Source of the DNA: Lingula anatina
Taxonomy: Eukaryota > Animalia > Brachiopoda
Length of the DNA: 64,000 nucleotides
Assembly: GCA_051362555.1 (NCBI GenBank)
Contig: CM120647.1
Location: 5,394,001 to 5,458,000 of the forward strand
Direction: 5' to 3'
Numbering within the stretch: position 1 is the first letter of the stretch; each line of letters begins with the position of its first letter. Below the pieces are notes generated by a model that saw only the letters and a list, made by a program, of their open reading frames with translations, had not been told where the DNA came from and did not search any database. The translations under genes and the position numbers were made by a program. Positions 12,830 to 25,086 of this stretch are shown here, piece by piece.

Positions 12830-13850
12830 AAAAATACTGCCATGTTTGACTATGAATACTACAATTTATAACATAAAATGCAACAGGGTCAATCGGATAG
12901 TAGACACATGGTGTCAATATACACTTATAAAGAAATATTACAATAATATATAAACATTCTGTATTCCACCATTTTCAATAATTTTCATGAAGACTTGTAG
13001 ACATTCCGCCGGTCTTCTTTAACCAGGCCTGCTTCCATTACTACTAGAAATTTATTGCTGTAAATCTTGTGTGCAAATCTACATGAAAAGATGAATATTT
13101 CATGTAAAACGTGAACAGGAAATAATATACACCATCATGATACACATTTACTTTTGTATGTAATACCACTCTGATTTTATATTACAGACCTCCATTATTT
13201 TACCGTTTGCTTCTATCATGCAATCATTATACTGGTAGATGGTTTAAAATAAATCTCTACAGAACATGCAAAAATTGTTCAGAAGGTAGTTTGAAAGTAA
13301 CAAAATGCTGCCTTTACAGATACGAAGAGAAAGAAGTGACAGGTTTACTTAAAATATAAAAGTATGAAGACTTTTAAAAATGGACGCAGAAAATTGCGAT
13401 GTTTGACATTGATTGGCGCAATTTATACTATAAAGATTAACAAATTCAATCACATGGTAAGCACATGGGATCAATAAACGATTATTAGAATAAATATTAA
13501 AACAAATCATAAACATTCTGTAATCTACCACCTTTCATAATTTTCATCATAATATGTAGACATTCCACCTGTCTTTCTAACCCAGGCATGCTTTTGTTAC
13601 TACTACACTTTTATTAAAGTAAATCTTTTGTTCAAATCTATTTAAATAAGTGAATAATCCATGTGAAACGTGAACTGGGAATAATATACACCATCGTCAT
13701 TAATATTAACTTTCGTAGGTAATACCAAGCTGATTTTATATAACAGGCCTCCATTATTTTGCCGTTTTGTTCTATCACGCAAGCATTACAGACGGTTTAA
13801 ACAAAATCTCCACAGAAAATGCAAAAATTGTTTAGCAGGTAACGGCAGAG
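12830..13850 (-). repeat. Tandem ~560-bp duplication of the last codons and 3' UTR of the GT32-pyruvyltransferase gene
   Basis: cctccattatttt...ctatca at ~13188 and ~13747. The CDS end (cagaa.atgcaaaaattgtt) recurs at ~13260. The same duplication is in the pseudogene copy (~40060-41100). Confidence 0.8.
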
Positions 13851-16800
13851 CGTCCCAGGTTTGGTAGCGTTCCCATACGCTTTTGACAATTTGTTATATA
13901 GATGCACAGAAAAGGAATCTTCGCTGACTTTGCCTTTATCAAGGAAACATTCTCGTATAACATTAGGCCACTCAATAGGATAAAACGATTGCCGATACAA
14001 ACGTCTGACAATGCATGACTCATTTTTCAATACGTCTTCAAAATTGTTCACGTCACACATCCACGTGCTATGGTTTCTCGCCACGCGGGTGAGGAGATGC
14101 GGTCCATTTGCCGCCCAACCTATCTCCGTATAGTTAAGGAGGTATTCTTTAATACACTCACGGATAAATGGATTGTGTTTATCAAATTTTAGAACAGCGT
14201 TATTTAACTTGGAATTTTCTCTATTTTCCCAGGCAGTTACATTATTCAAAAAATGTAAACTCTTCACCAAAATAACGTCAGTGTCCATGTAAACGCCACC
14301 GTACAGATATAACAATATCAACCTGATCAAATCACTTTCATGGGCATACCAATTTGGTCCTTTTGAAATAACGGGTATTCTTTTCAAAAACGCTGTCGAG
14401 CGACCTGCGAAAGTGTCTGGTTCCAGATTTTCAATTCGACTTAGTAAATTTTCGAGAGTATAGTTCTCGACCTCTACTTGGAAACCTGCCTCACTGAACT
14501 CAGAAAACGCTTTCTGTGTCAAAACATTGCTTAAAATGCATACTTTCGTATTTGGATAGTGGTAAAATATACTCTCGAGTGAACGGCGGTTCCACTTTGT
14601 CTGATCATTCGTTGTGTACACTTGATAGAATACCGATTCAGTTTTTTCATTTTCGTTGAACTGCCTGAAAGTTTTGAAGGGTGCGATTCCAAATGTTATC
14701 GCCGTTTCCCGTAATGCGCGGAATTTTCGTATCTCGTACCACAAGGTGGCTCGAAAGCGCATGTAGATTTCTCGATTTGGGTTCATTTCCGGTTTGTCCC
14801 AATTAAAGCTCTCCAGGCCTCGGTAGGTTTTCATCATACGGTCTACAGTAACTGTGTGAAAAAGTTCTGTTAAGCCCTCAGTTCGACGCTTTTCACCTCC
14901 AGGTAGGACATCAGTTTCTACAAAAACTACTGGAATTCCCATGGCAACGCAAGGAAGCGCGCAATGGATACTCGAGGTTATAACTAATTTTGCGCGTGAA
15001 TATCTTTCCATCAAACTTTTTGTCGCTTCGTAACGTGTTAATCTATCAAATTCCTTCGAACTGGGCAAGTTATGGGTGACGTATATCGCTGATTTTCGTA
15101 TTTGATATGGAGCAATTAATTCTAGAGCGCTTTTGTTCACATCAACGACAAATATATCCTCTGTTTTAATGGTTGGATTGGGATTGCGCATTAAAAGTGT
15201 CAAACAGCCCGATTTATATACTGAAATATTTTGGAATTTTAAGAAATTAAAAGTGACGTCATCTCGAGCCCCCACAGGGCCGTGATTCCGAAGGTAATTT
15301 CTGCCAGGCTCAGCTAGTAATTTCTCCCAGAAATTTGATCCAAAATGTATCGATAAAATCAAAGGGTTTAAATTAACTTTTGGTGGCCACATCATGTTGC
15401 CGGCGTTATACCATCCATTAAGAAATATTGTGATTGCTTCTTTGAGATTATCTCTTTCGTTGGAAACAATGGACCCACTTCTATGCTGATCTTTTGTATC
15501 TCTTGTTTTAGATATTGAATTACCTGCATCATTTTGGGTCATGTACAAGGACGGATTTGTTGCCTTTCCATGACTTTGTGTTTTAGTGTTTTCTTCCCAA
15601 AAAGTGTCAGGATTCTCCGACTGAGCAAATGTCTTTACTACACTGGTGACGTTCCAAGTATCCCCGTCCACAAACAGGTCAACAAAGGGAAGAAATTGTA
15701 GCCCTGCTAACGTTTGAATTTCATCGTTGATGTCCCTCGCCACCTTCACTCGATGGTCAAATGTTAGGATCCCAAAGAGTTCATCTTGCAAAAAGGGTGT
15801 AACAGAATCTGCACCGTCCTTTTCAACTTGTCTCTTATCTACCTGACTTAGAACTTTTGATTTTAGTAAGACTGAAGCAGTGTCCCAATTTTGGATTTGA
15901 CTTCTACTGAGACTGCTGTAGGCCGACTGAATCTCGACCATAGCATTTTTGACGAACAACGAATGTCGTTCAAACCTGGATACGAAAAAGATGCCTTCAG
16001 TGGACATCCATTCCCCTGTGAAATATTCAACTGGTAAATTTGACGGCACTGTTCTTTTTACATCCATGTAAAGTCCACCAAATCTCCATATTGCAAGTAA
16101 AACACTTATTTCATGTACGACTGCCATAAATTTACGACCCATGAGCAATTTTAGAATGGCAGATTTAGACACAAAATCGTCTAGTGGTGTGCCCTGAGTC
16201 AACTCAGATATTAGTAAACGAAGTACTGTTACGTGTTTCCATGACTTGGCGTCTGTTTGATCTATACATCCACTGCTTCCGCATAAAATTACAACGCGTT
16301 TTCCTGGATGCAACTGGAGAAGGGTCTCAATTTTATCCATAAACGTTTGTGGAATTGCGGTATAATGCGACCAGACCAAGACAAAGTCTGATGTCGTATT
16401 CTGATGTTGACCCAAGTGATGTTGTGCTGCAGTTAACGATTCCTCTTTGTAGGATGCTGACGTAGGAGATTTGAAACTACCAGTATTGTCTGGTCTGACA
16501 GCCGGCATTACTTTTGTTAACTGGGAAAGATGGCCCTTCTTATTCTCCCGGTAGATGGTTTCTCCGGAGGTAACAGTCCTGTTCATAGCCACTAATTTCC
16601 CACTCGTGTTAACTCCCGCCACTGCTGACGACAGGACTGAATTACCAATAAATATATATAATAATATGATAGTGACATTAAAATATATGAAGATTAGTCC
16701 CTCAATACATGAATAATATTGAAACTTGAAAATGTATTCTTTAATATATAAATAAAAGTATTTTCAAATATGCCCGATTGCACACAATGCTTGAATGTTG

Positions 16801-17062
16801 ATAAATCTACAAGAAACATAATTAGAATTATAAATTAAATTTTGATTAAGGACTCCAAAAACAGGATTTATATATACATGCTATGAATGAGCTGTACTCT
16901 CTTTAATGGCGAATAATGCTTACTTTTAAAACCGTTCATGAATTCGAAGATGTAAACCAATGCCCATATTATTAACAACAGTACAGGTAGACGGGCTGTC
17001 CGCCTCCGACCAAGACATCTGCGAAGTCTCATCACCGTAGATCTCATCTGACAATATACCAT
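13797..17062 (-). CDS. Type II membrane multidomain glycan enzyme: degenerate GT32-like + polysaccharide pyruvyl transferase-like + alpha-1,4-glycosyltransferase (GT32, A4GALT/A4GNT-like), ~992 aa
   Basis: Exon 1 17062-16924 (basic tail, TM LPVLLLIIWALVYIF, donor GTAAGC). Intron 16923-16637. Exon 2 16636-13797 joins in phase 1. Motifs: IWRFGGLYMD; NDEIQTLAGLQFLP, NGWY, PVGARD, SGCLTL, YSRAKLVITSSIHCALPCVAMGIPVVFV; SDLIRLILLYLYGGVYMDTDVIL, WAANGPHLLTRV, SVHLYN. Confidence 0.88.
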
Positions 17063-17730
17063 GCAGGCTGCCGGAGTGATAACTCCTAGAGACAAGATCC
17101 TCAGATTAAATGACGTGTCTCGCGCACGTCGTAGCTGCTAGTATGATGTGTACAATTAATAATAAACGTTGAAAAGCAATTCATGTTCTAATAATAAGAA
17201 AAACTGTGAAACGGAGACGTAACAGTAGACGGCGCTCTACTTGTGGTATAATTCATGAATTAATTATTTTTGAACCACAAGAAAAAAGAACGAAACACAT
17301 TAAAAATGTACATTTTATAGAGCATAAAATAAAACTGAAACACATGTATAGCTGGAATAAGTAAAAAAAAAAACTAGATGTTAACCTAGCAGGCTCCAAC
17401 ACTATTACCATAGCTTCCCATGACCTGTGGAGAAAAATACTAAATTTTAAAACATGTTCAAGCGCTGATGCATGGGCGGTAACCATAGTAAGCCTCCAGT
17501 TGTCTTAGCTTTTGGTCACATGTATGCAAAGCAGGTGCTCGGATCAAATATTAAAGAAGATAAGAAAAAAATAAATAAAATAAATAATACACTTCTGAAA
17601 GTAAAGAAAAAATAATACAAAATCTCGATTAAAATAAAACGATACAAATTGGAAAACCGCTGCTGGTGAGACAGCTGGCGCAGAAGGTAGCCGGGTATAC
17701 CGCTGCTGGGTAGACCGCTGTGAGGAGAGC

Positions 17731-18195
17731 CGGTGAGAGAACCACTGCTGGAGATACTGCTGAAGTGTAAGGCTGCCAGGTAGACCGCTGAGACGAGGGT
17801 CGGCGAGAGTCACTGCCGCTGCATGCTGTCAGGACCCACTGATGCTACCGTTGAGAGTGCAGGCCGAACAGTAGAAAATGCCCAGCTACATATTTACAAT
17901 TGGGCTGGAGCCTTAAACTGCTGTAGAACCGGTTGTAAAATGTGTTTGCTTGCAAAATGCGGATCTACTCCTTCTTTCTACGACCAAAGCTATGCCAGTT
18001 TCATGGTCGCACAAAGAACGCGCAAAGGACGCCATCCATTGTTTTGTCAATAGAGAGTTCACTTCCTCTCTGTCAAAATTCCGTTTTATTCTTCTTTACA
18101 TCTTTTTATCAATACAGGAAGACACCGCTTTATGTATGCCATTGTGTCTATTACTCCTCTACCACACTGAAGATAAACATTACATGTGGCAAATG
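17731..18195. repeat. Segment present in inverted orientation at 34424-35045
   Basis: For example ctcctctaccacactgaagataaac here vs gtttatcttcagtgtggtagaggag, and gcaaaatgcggatctactccttctttctacgacc is shared in reverse complement. Confidence 0.85.
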
Positions 18196-18386
18196 AAAGA
18201 TACTCGATGTCCAACGATTTGAAAATATTAAAAAAATCGATTAGAAAATTCCAGTGCAATATGAGAAAGAGACCTAATATAAGTTATTGGATATCTTCAA
18301 TGTTATCAAACCGTTTAATCAAAACGTTATGAGGACTGGTGTCTTTGTATCAGTCGCTTGAGTTTATCTTAGTCCAACTAACTACG

Positions 18387-18662
18387 CAGGTGCGGATCCA
18401 GGATTATTTGAAGGGGGGGGGGGTGTCTGTGGATGCAAAGTCGACCCTCCCTCCCCCTTTCCCTCCTTGGCGTGAGGTTTGGGCCTCCGAAAAAATATAT
18501 TTTTTAGAGGGTGAACGGTGCATTTTGGTACATTGGTATGATTCAGCTAGCCAAAAGTTTAATTTGAAGAGGAGACTATCGGTGTGTTTTGTTTTCAGCA
18601 ATCTAAGGGAGAGTCAGGACCCCCCCCCCCTCCTCCCCGACACCCCTCTAAATCCACCACTG
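18387..18662. mobile_element. hAT-like MITE (CAG..GCGGAT ends); same family at 44966-45198
   Basis: caggtgcggatccagg...ccctctaaatccaccactg with G/C-run subterminals. Interior similar to the second copy. Confidence 0.6.
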
Positions 18663-19154
18663 CTTGGTTTTACTTTTTTATATAAGAACAGGTTACATAA
18701 AGACAACTTATTCTTAAGATCTCAGTCAATTTGGAAATTACTTTTGTTCTTGGGGTACTAAAAGAAAAGATTGAAGGAAAATACATGTAGCTGATAAAAC
18801 AATCCATTTTCCAATGCACTGCATACGTTACATTGTGTTTTTTTTTTTTATAGTTTCAATTTTATTTAATTGTTTAGCTTGTGATTTTTTTCTTATTAGC
18901 ACACACATTCAAACAATTAACTTGGCCACGGTTTGCATTATGTGGATTTTCATGATTGTGATAGAGTGGAACAAATGACTTCAGGCATGCACGTGGTCTT
19001 TAATGAACACAATGCGGTGAGCGTTTTCAGTTTAATGTTCGTACAATGTATTACTGACAATATGGTAGAAAATACATTGCATTTTTACTTATGTTACATT
19101 TTAAAGCGTTAAATAGAAATAGTAAAATGCCAGTAAGCACAATAAACATATATA

Positions 19155-20778
19155 CAGGGTTACTACTTAATATGGAATATTAATTTTTGGCAAGTAAGTT
19201 TTCTACGAAATATTTGTTTTCTCTCTAACTATATTAAATCCAAAACTGAGGTGTCACTCCATGTGTAGCCAGGTGTGTTACCTAATTACCACACAACTCT
19301 CGAAACAATTGATGCATGCAATTACATGTTCTAAAGTCAGATATGTGAGGGGTGGTCTTTTCGGCAATTTTTGCCCTTGTATAAGAACGCATGCGTTTGG
19401 TCAATCTTTAGAGTGTGTTTAGAGAAGCAACAAAGGGATCGCTCTGAACCTTAACAGGTACCTTAGAGAAGATATGGTTCGACAGATAAGCAACGCAGCT
19501 TACCATCGGATTCTTGCTCTCAGAGAAAATGACCAGAAACGGACAGCCATTGTCAGGCAATTCAACATTTATCAGGAAGCGTTACTAAAGTACTCCATAG
19601 AAATGCTACAACAGGGGCGCCTACTTCAGTACCTCGATCGGGTTGTCCGCGTATCACCCCAAGAAGATGGGATCGCCTTCTCCTTAGAGTGTGCCGTGCT
19701 GGTCGTACAAAGACAACCATTGTCCTAAAAAAAGAGTGGCAGAATATCATTCAAACGCCCGTTTCAAGGTCCATCGTGTAAAGAGATTACTGCAAGACCG
19801 TTATTTTGCATGTATACCAGTTGGGAAACCACTGTTAACAGCAAGTCATATATAGGCACGTCCGTAATGGGCTGGAGACCCCTTGCGTTTGCAGCCAAAA
19901 AAACTGGAATCACGTCGTTTTCAGTGATGAGGCCAGATATGGATTTTTGGGAGTTGACGGTCGGATCCGTGTCCGCCGACGTGTACTAGAGGCATAAAAT
20001 GATGATTGCGTACTGTCTAGGGTGTAAGCAGGGGGTGGTTTCGTCTCTGTTTGGGGAGCATTTCATACCGGTGCCCAGAACCAGTTGGTTTTTCTAGGAG
20101 GCAACCTCAACCAGGATTCCTACAGAGACATTCTACAGCAAACAGTGCTTCCCTTTGAAAGTGTCAACTTCAGGAACAACTTGTGTACCATAACGACTAC
20201 GCACACCCACATCGAGCTCGCAGAATCACTGTTTTTCTTCAAAACCGGTGGGTTCAGCAACTGTCCTGGCCTGCAAACTCCCCAGCTATGAACCCAATTG
20301 AAAATCTGCTGGCGGAAGTAACTTACAGAATTACTGTGATAGCTATGGTCATCGGCCGGTAAATAGTGATGGACTGCGACAGGTAAATATCACTACGTCG
20401 AATGATATCCCCATCCAAACTCTTAAAAACTTATCACAGGGTATGCCATGTAGGATGAGAGCGTTGCAAGCGGCTGCTGGAGGTCATACCCGCTATTGAT
20501 GACTTTTCATGACTTACTGTAATGAGTTCTTCGCCTGTGTAACGTATCACTGTCCGGAGGCTATCATTTTTATTAATATCTTAGGTTAAAGTTAAAACTG
20601 ACATCAAACTGTTGATATGGTTTTCTGGGGGTGTTCTTTCTTTTGAATGACATCTTATGTCAGATTTGATATTATTGACCAAAATATCTCACAATAGAAG
20701 ACTGGATATTTTTTATCACTCACTGACATACTTTTTTGATGAATCAAGCCAATTTTTTTTAAATTAGCACTCAAAAAT

Positions 20779-20780
<2 letters not shown>
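19155..20780 (+). mobile_element. Decayed Tc1 (DD34E) DNA transposon; transposase remnant ~19474-20499
   Basis: TA|CAGGGT left end. Fragmented WNHVVFSDE, GGGFVSVWGAF, HPHRAR, WPANSPAMNPIENL and terminal GGHTRY*. Right end unclear, runs into (TA)n. Confidence 0.85.

Positions 20781-20784
<4 letters not shown>

Positions 20785-20869
<85 letters not shown>
20785..20869. repeat. (TA)n microsatellite
   Basis: Direct reading. Others: (TG)n ~20954, (CA)n ~22774, (TG)n ~25050, (TTA)n ~25857, (AT)n ~42503 and ~55493. Confidence 0.95.
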
Positions 20870-20871
<2 letters not shown>

Positions 20872-20951
20872 CTGGAATTAATAAGTATACGTTCGTTTCA
20901 TTCATGGAGGCGTAGGCCTGTAGGTACAATGATTTCGTTATTTCTTATCTT

Positions 20952-20988
<37 letters not shown>

Positions 20989-21053
20989 ATGTGTGTGTAT
21001 TTTGATGGGTGAAGAAAAAGTGAATATATTGGTATATGTTGCTTTGTTCCATA

Positions 21054-22697
21054 CAACATTGGTCAAAAAGGTTGTCCCACCCCCATTTCCATGTACTTAT
21101 ATTTACAAATGATCACCTCACAGATGCAAATTTTTATAAACGATGCTTTTTATTCCAGATATCATGTTAAACATGATTAATGGTTCCAAAAATACAAAAT
21201 AGTGGTGAAAATATACACATTTTATACCATTTAGTAAAATTTATAAGAGGTACCCCCTCAAATCCAATGTTTCACTGTGATTTCTGCAGATGTAAAGAAA
21301 TGTCTATTAAATTAAAAAGGCGCCATCAAATGTCATCAAATTCACACACAATTAGCATTAGGGTGTGCTCGGTAAAGGTCACGTGCCTAATAGCGTGTGC
21401 GTCTACCGCGTACTGCAATTACCCCCTGTAGACGGCGCGACAAGCCTTCAACACTGGTAACAATTCTGTTTTATGTGATATTGTCCGATTCTTCTTAAAC
21501 AGGTTGGGGAGTTGGTCCTCGTTTTTATGGGGTTGGTTCTCCTCTGCATTGCACACTCCAATTCATGTCGCAGTTGATTAGTAAGGTTAATACCAGGGCT
21601 CAAAGATGGTGGTTCCATGCTTAGAGCATTGTGTTTCTACAACAAATCACTTGCCAGGCGAGAGGTGTGAGCAAGTGTGCAGTCATGATGAAGCCTGGAG
21701 TTAATCCAAAAGTCAGTTCTTGTAGATGGAGTGAGATAACAGCTGAGAATGCTACGTTCAGTGATCCCACAGGCACCTGAACCTGGCCATCCATCACTGG
21801 AAGGAAGTCGGTTTTGACGCAATATCAAGTTATTTCTTGTATCCCATCGATGGTCAAATGAGGGTCCGTAGACATGTTGAAAAATGCCTCTTGGAAGGGT
21901 GTGTGCAGAATAATATCGCCTGAGGTGTTAGATCAGTCCGCATTTGGAGAACATTCCCAGCCCATGGTATTAGTACATTGTTCCTTTTTAAAGAAAACGT
22001 AACTGGGGCATTTCACTGTAACATTCTCAGCAGAATCTCACTCCATTTGCAAGAGGTGACTTCAGGGATGCTTCTGGCTTCATTGTGACAACGCACTTGC
22101 TCACAGTTCTCGTTTGTCAAGCGATTTGTTGGATGGGACAACCGTCTGTGAGTCCTGATATTAATCCTACTGAGCACCTGTGGCATTAATTGTAATGTGC
22201 AATGCAGAGAAGAACCAATTCCTAAATAATCTGGACCAATACCGCCACGCTCTTTAGGATGAATGGGACAATATCCCACAAAACACAATTGTTACCCTGG
22301 TTGAAGGCTTGTCGCGCCGCCTACAGGAGATAATTGCAGTACGCGGCAGGCAGACACGCTATTAGGCACGTGACCTTTAACGAACACATCATAATGCTAA
22401 TTGTGTGTAAATTTGGTGACATTTGATGACGTCTTTTAAATTTAATAGACATTTCTTTACATCTGTGGAAATCACAGTGAAACATTGAATTTAAGGGGTA
22501 CCTGTCATAAAGTTGACTAAATGGTATAAAATGTGCATATTTTCGCCACTATTTTGTATTTTCCGAACCATTAATCATGTAAGACACGGTATCTGGAATA
22601 AAAAGTACTATTTCTAACAATTTACAGCTGTGAAGTGATCATTTGTAAATAAAAGTACATGGAAATGGGGGTGGGACAACCTTTTTGACCAATGTTG
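21054..22697. mobile_element. Tc1-derived fold-back element with long inverted arms
   Basis: TA on both sides. Termini caacattggtcaaaaaggttgtcccaccccc and its reverse complement. Inverted homology extends ~650 bp and includes transposase C-terminal motifs. Confidence 0.9.
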
Positions 22698-22771
22698 TAT
22701 GTAATTAAAAATTATTGTAAATTATCCAGGTGAATAGTCTCAAATCAGGGGAGTTGTACTCGCCCCCCCCT

Positions 22772-22822
<51 letters not shown>

Positions 22823-23187
22823 TTGTCTTAGGACAATGTTGTCTTGTCCTGCTAGACATTGAAATATTGGAGTAAAAACTTTTTTTCAATATTAAGCTGT
22901 TGACTGAAGAAAAGAACACATTCTAATACAGGTAACATAACACCGTTGATGAAATATTTTCACATTGATCCACATTGATCTACTCAGTTGGTTGATGTAT
23001 TGCCAATCATCCTGCATTGTCACCGACTCCAGTGAAAAATATATAGAACATTGCACTGCGACAATGCGCTAAAATAAACACTGACTCAGCCATGAAAACA
23101 ATTGGATTTACAAAATGATGACCAGTGAAAATAACTGTGCTATAAAACTGCTCCCACTTCTACAATCATAACATACACATTCAGGAA

Positions 23188-23572
23188 ACCCTCTACCAGA
23201 GCCGCAGGTTGATTTTTCACTTGATAATCTTGGGCGCTGAAGAAAAATAAACATAATTAATCTGCGGCCATTGAAGAGGGTACACAAAGGCTGATTGAGT
23301 CTCTCTCTCGCTCACTCACTCTCTCTCTCTCTCTCTTGAATAAAAATAATTAAATTATCACAATGAATACTGACAGTCCGTTGAAGGATGCATAGTGTTT
23401 AGAACCCGTCTTACACTGTCGAACCATCGTACAGCAATGTGAACAGCCATAACGTTAATTTGGAATGAACTGATATTGTTGATATTTGGTAAAAGATATG
23501 TGGGGACTTGTATCAATACGTGGTTTGGTATGTACTTTAAAAACATCAATATAGGTATTTGGAAGACCGCTC
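23188..23572. mobile_element. Dispersed hairpin-headed repeat, copy 2
   Basis: accctctaccagagccgcag...ctgcggccattgaagagggt, similar to 5146-5512. Confidence 0.65.
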
Positions 23573-23918
23573 TCACCTCGCTCTAGAATCCCCGCTGAGG
23601 TAGATAGATCCTGCTTGATAAGGTTATGGGAACCCAGTCTAAGATGTACAAGACAGACAAGGAAATATTGGTGGTAAGCAATATCAATGTTAGCCGTTAA
23701 CTGAAATAAATTTATTTACTCTTAAAACAAATCATAAGATAACGCCGCCATCTTCAAAAGTCATATAAAATCATTCATATATAATGCACAACATAAAGGT
23801 ACGCCACTACATTATTTATGATATCGCATAGCCTTTCACTAGATGAGTTACCGGTGGGACTGCTTATAAATCGAGGTAGGTTCTTTTATCCCCTTATGGC
23901 CAAAGCAATAGTTGTTCG

Positions 23919-24389
23919 TGTAGAACAGTTTCATTAGCTATGTTATTATAATAGACTTGTGAAGATTCTTTTGTCTATAGCTATTTATATTAGTTTGATC
24001 TAACCATCCAATATTTCATCTGCTTGCAGTCAGATTTCATCAGGGAATGAGGTTGTGACAGGTATGACAACCTGTCACCCCCTCTGGTGTGCTATTTGGT
24101 CAGATCCCCCCCCCCCTTGCCTACCCCTCCCTTAGGAGTGGTAGGTAGAGGTTGGGTAGCTCAGTCCCATCATTCCGATTCAACTTGGCCCCATGTAAGC
24201 GGATGTTAACTGCTTCAAGAACTTTCCGGTGTAGATCTCGTGGCTCTCTTTCCAAGATCATTATGTCTCCTATGGTTGTTGATGTTATACAATGCCCTGT
24301 CTGTTCCTGGTGTTGCAAGCAGATGAAATATTGGATGGTAAGATCAAACTAATATAAATAGCTATAGACAAAAGAATCTTCACAAGTCT
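23919..24389 (-). mobile_element. 5'-truncated and inverted Penelope-like retroelement fragment
   Basis: GIY-YIG C-terminal peptide [31 protein letters not shown] (24121-24318). ~77-bp inverted repeat 23952-24028 / 24314-24390. 12-bp direct repeat AATAGTTGTTCG (23907-23918, 24390-24401). Absent from the paralogous site near 45405. Confidence 0.88.
24002..24054 (-). ncRNA. Minimal type I hammerhead ribozyme (Penelope-associated, possibly degenerate)
   Basis: Minus strand aacctcattcc-CTGATGA-a-atctg-actgcaag-cagat-GAAA-tatt-ggatggtt. Shows both core boxes, a 5-bp stem II, a palindromic ATAT stem III and a bulged stem I. Confidence 0.72.
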
Positions 24390-25048
24390 AATAGTTGTTC
24401 GGTGTTGATGTTTTAATAATTGTTTTGTCTAAGAACAGTGGGGAATGACTAGGACCATAACATTTGGCTGCATAACCGGCTAACTAATTTCAGCAGCCTA
24501 GGCTTCGACCAAGAGCACAAAATACCCTTTTGTGAAACAGGTCTCAAGTGGATGTCCCCATATTCAGTCTATGGCAATACAACCACTTTAATTAATGTCA
24601 ACTGGCAGTTTCCTTATTATGTACCAAGTACCTGTAGCAACTGAAATTAATCGTCGTGTCATTTTGGTTTAATGTTGAATCAACACTCAATTCATGCATG
24701 CGGTTTTTCTTAAAACCATGTTCAATAGTGTATAGAGCACTCCAGCAGCACAGAGACATCGCCACTGATTGAACGCGCAGGTAGTAAATTCCTGTGCTCC
24801 AAAATCTAAGGCTCGTGTAAGAAGAGGGCAATTATAGTTTATGGGGCCTGTGGAACTACATGTACCCTGTATTCCCCTAATTCGTAATGCAATGCAAGGC
24901 AAGAAAACACAAACACCTTAAAATCTACGACATACACAAATGCATAATCCTATCCGCTACCTATCATAATGGGTTCTACTTGTGACAATGATAACTTGAA
25001 TACATTTAAACATTTCTTCTATAGTATTTCAGCTTAGTTGAAAAAGAA

Positions 25049-25086
<38 letters not shown>

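Noticed and set aside
13797-16622. Bacterial contaminant as the source of the pyruvyl-transferase domain
   Set aside because: The gene has a phase-consistent spliceosomal intron, a signal-anchor exon, a local pseudogene copy and animal TE neighbours.
17823-18222. Short ORFs shared with 34448-34765 (QNADLLLLSTT...)
   Set aside because: The similarity comes from the inverted DNA duplication; frames are not preserved and there are no recognisable motifs.
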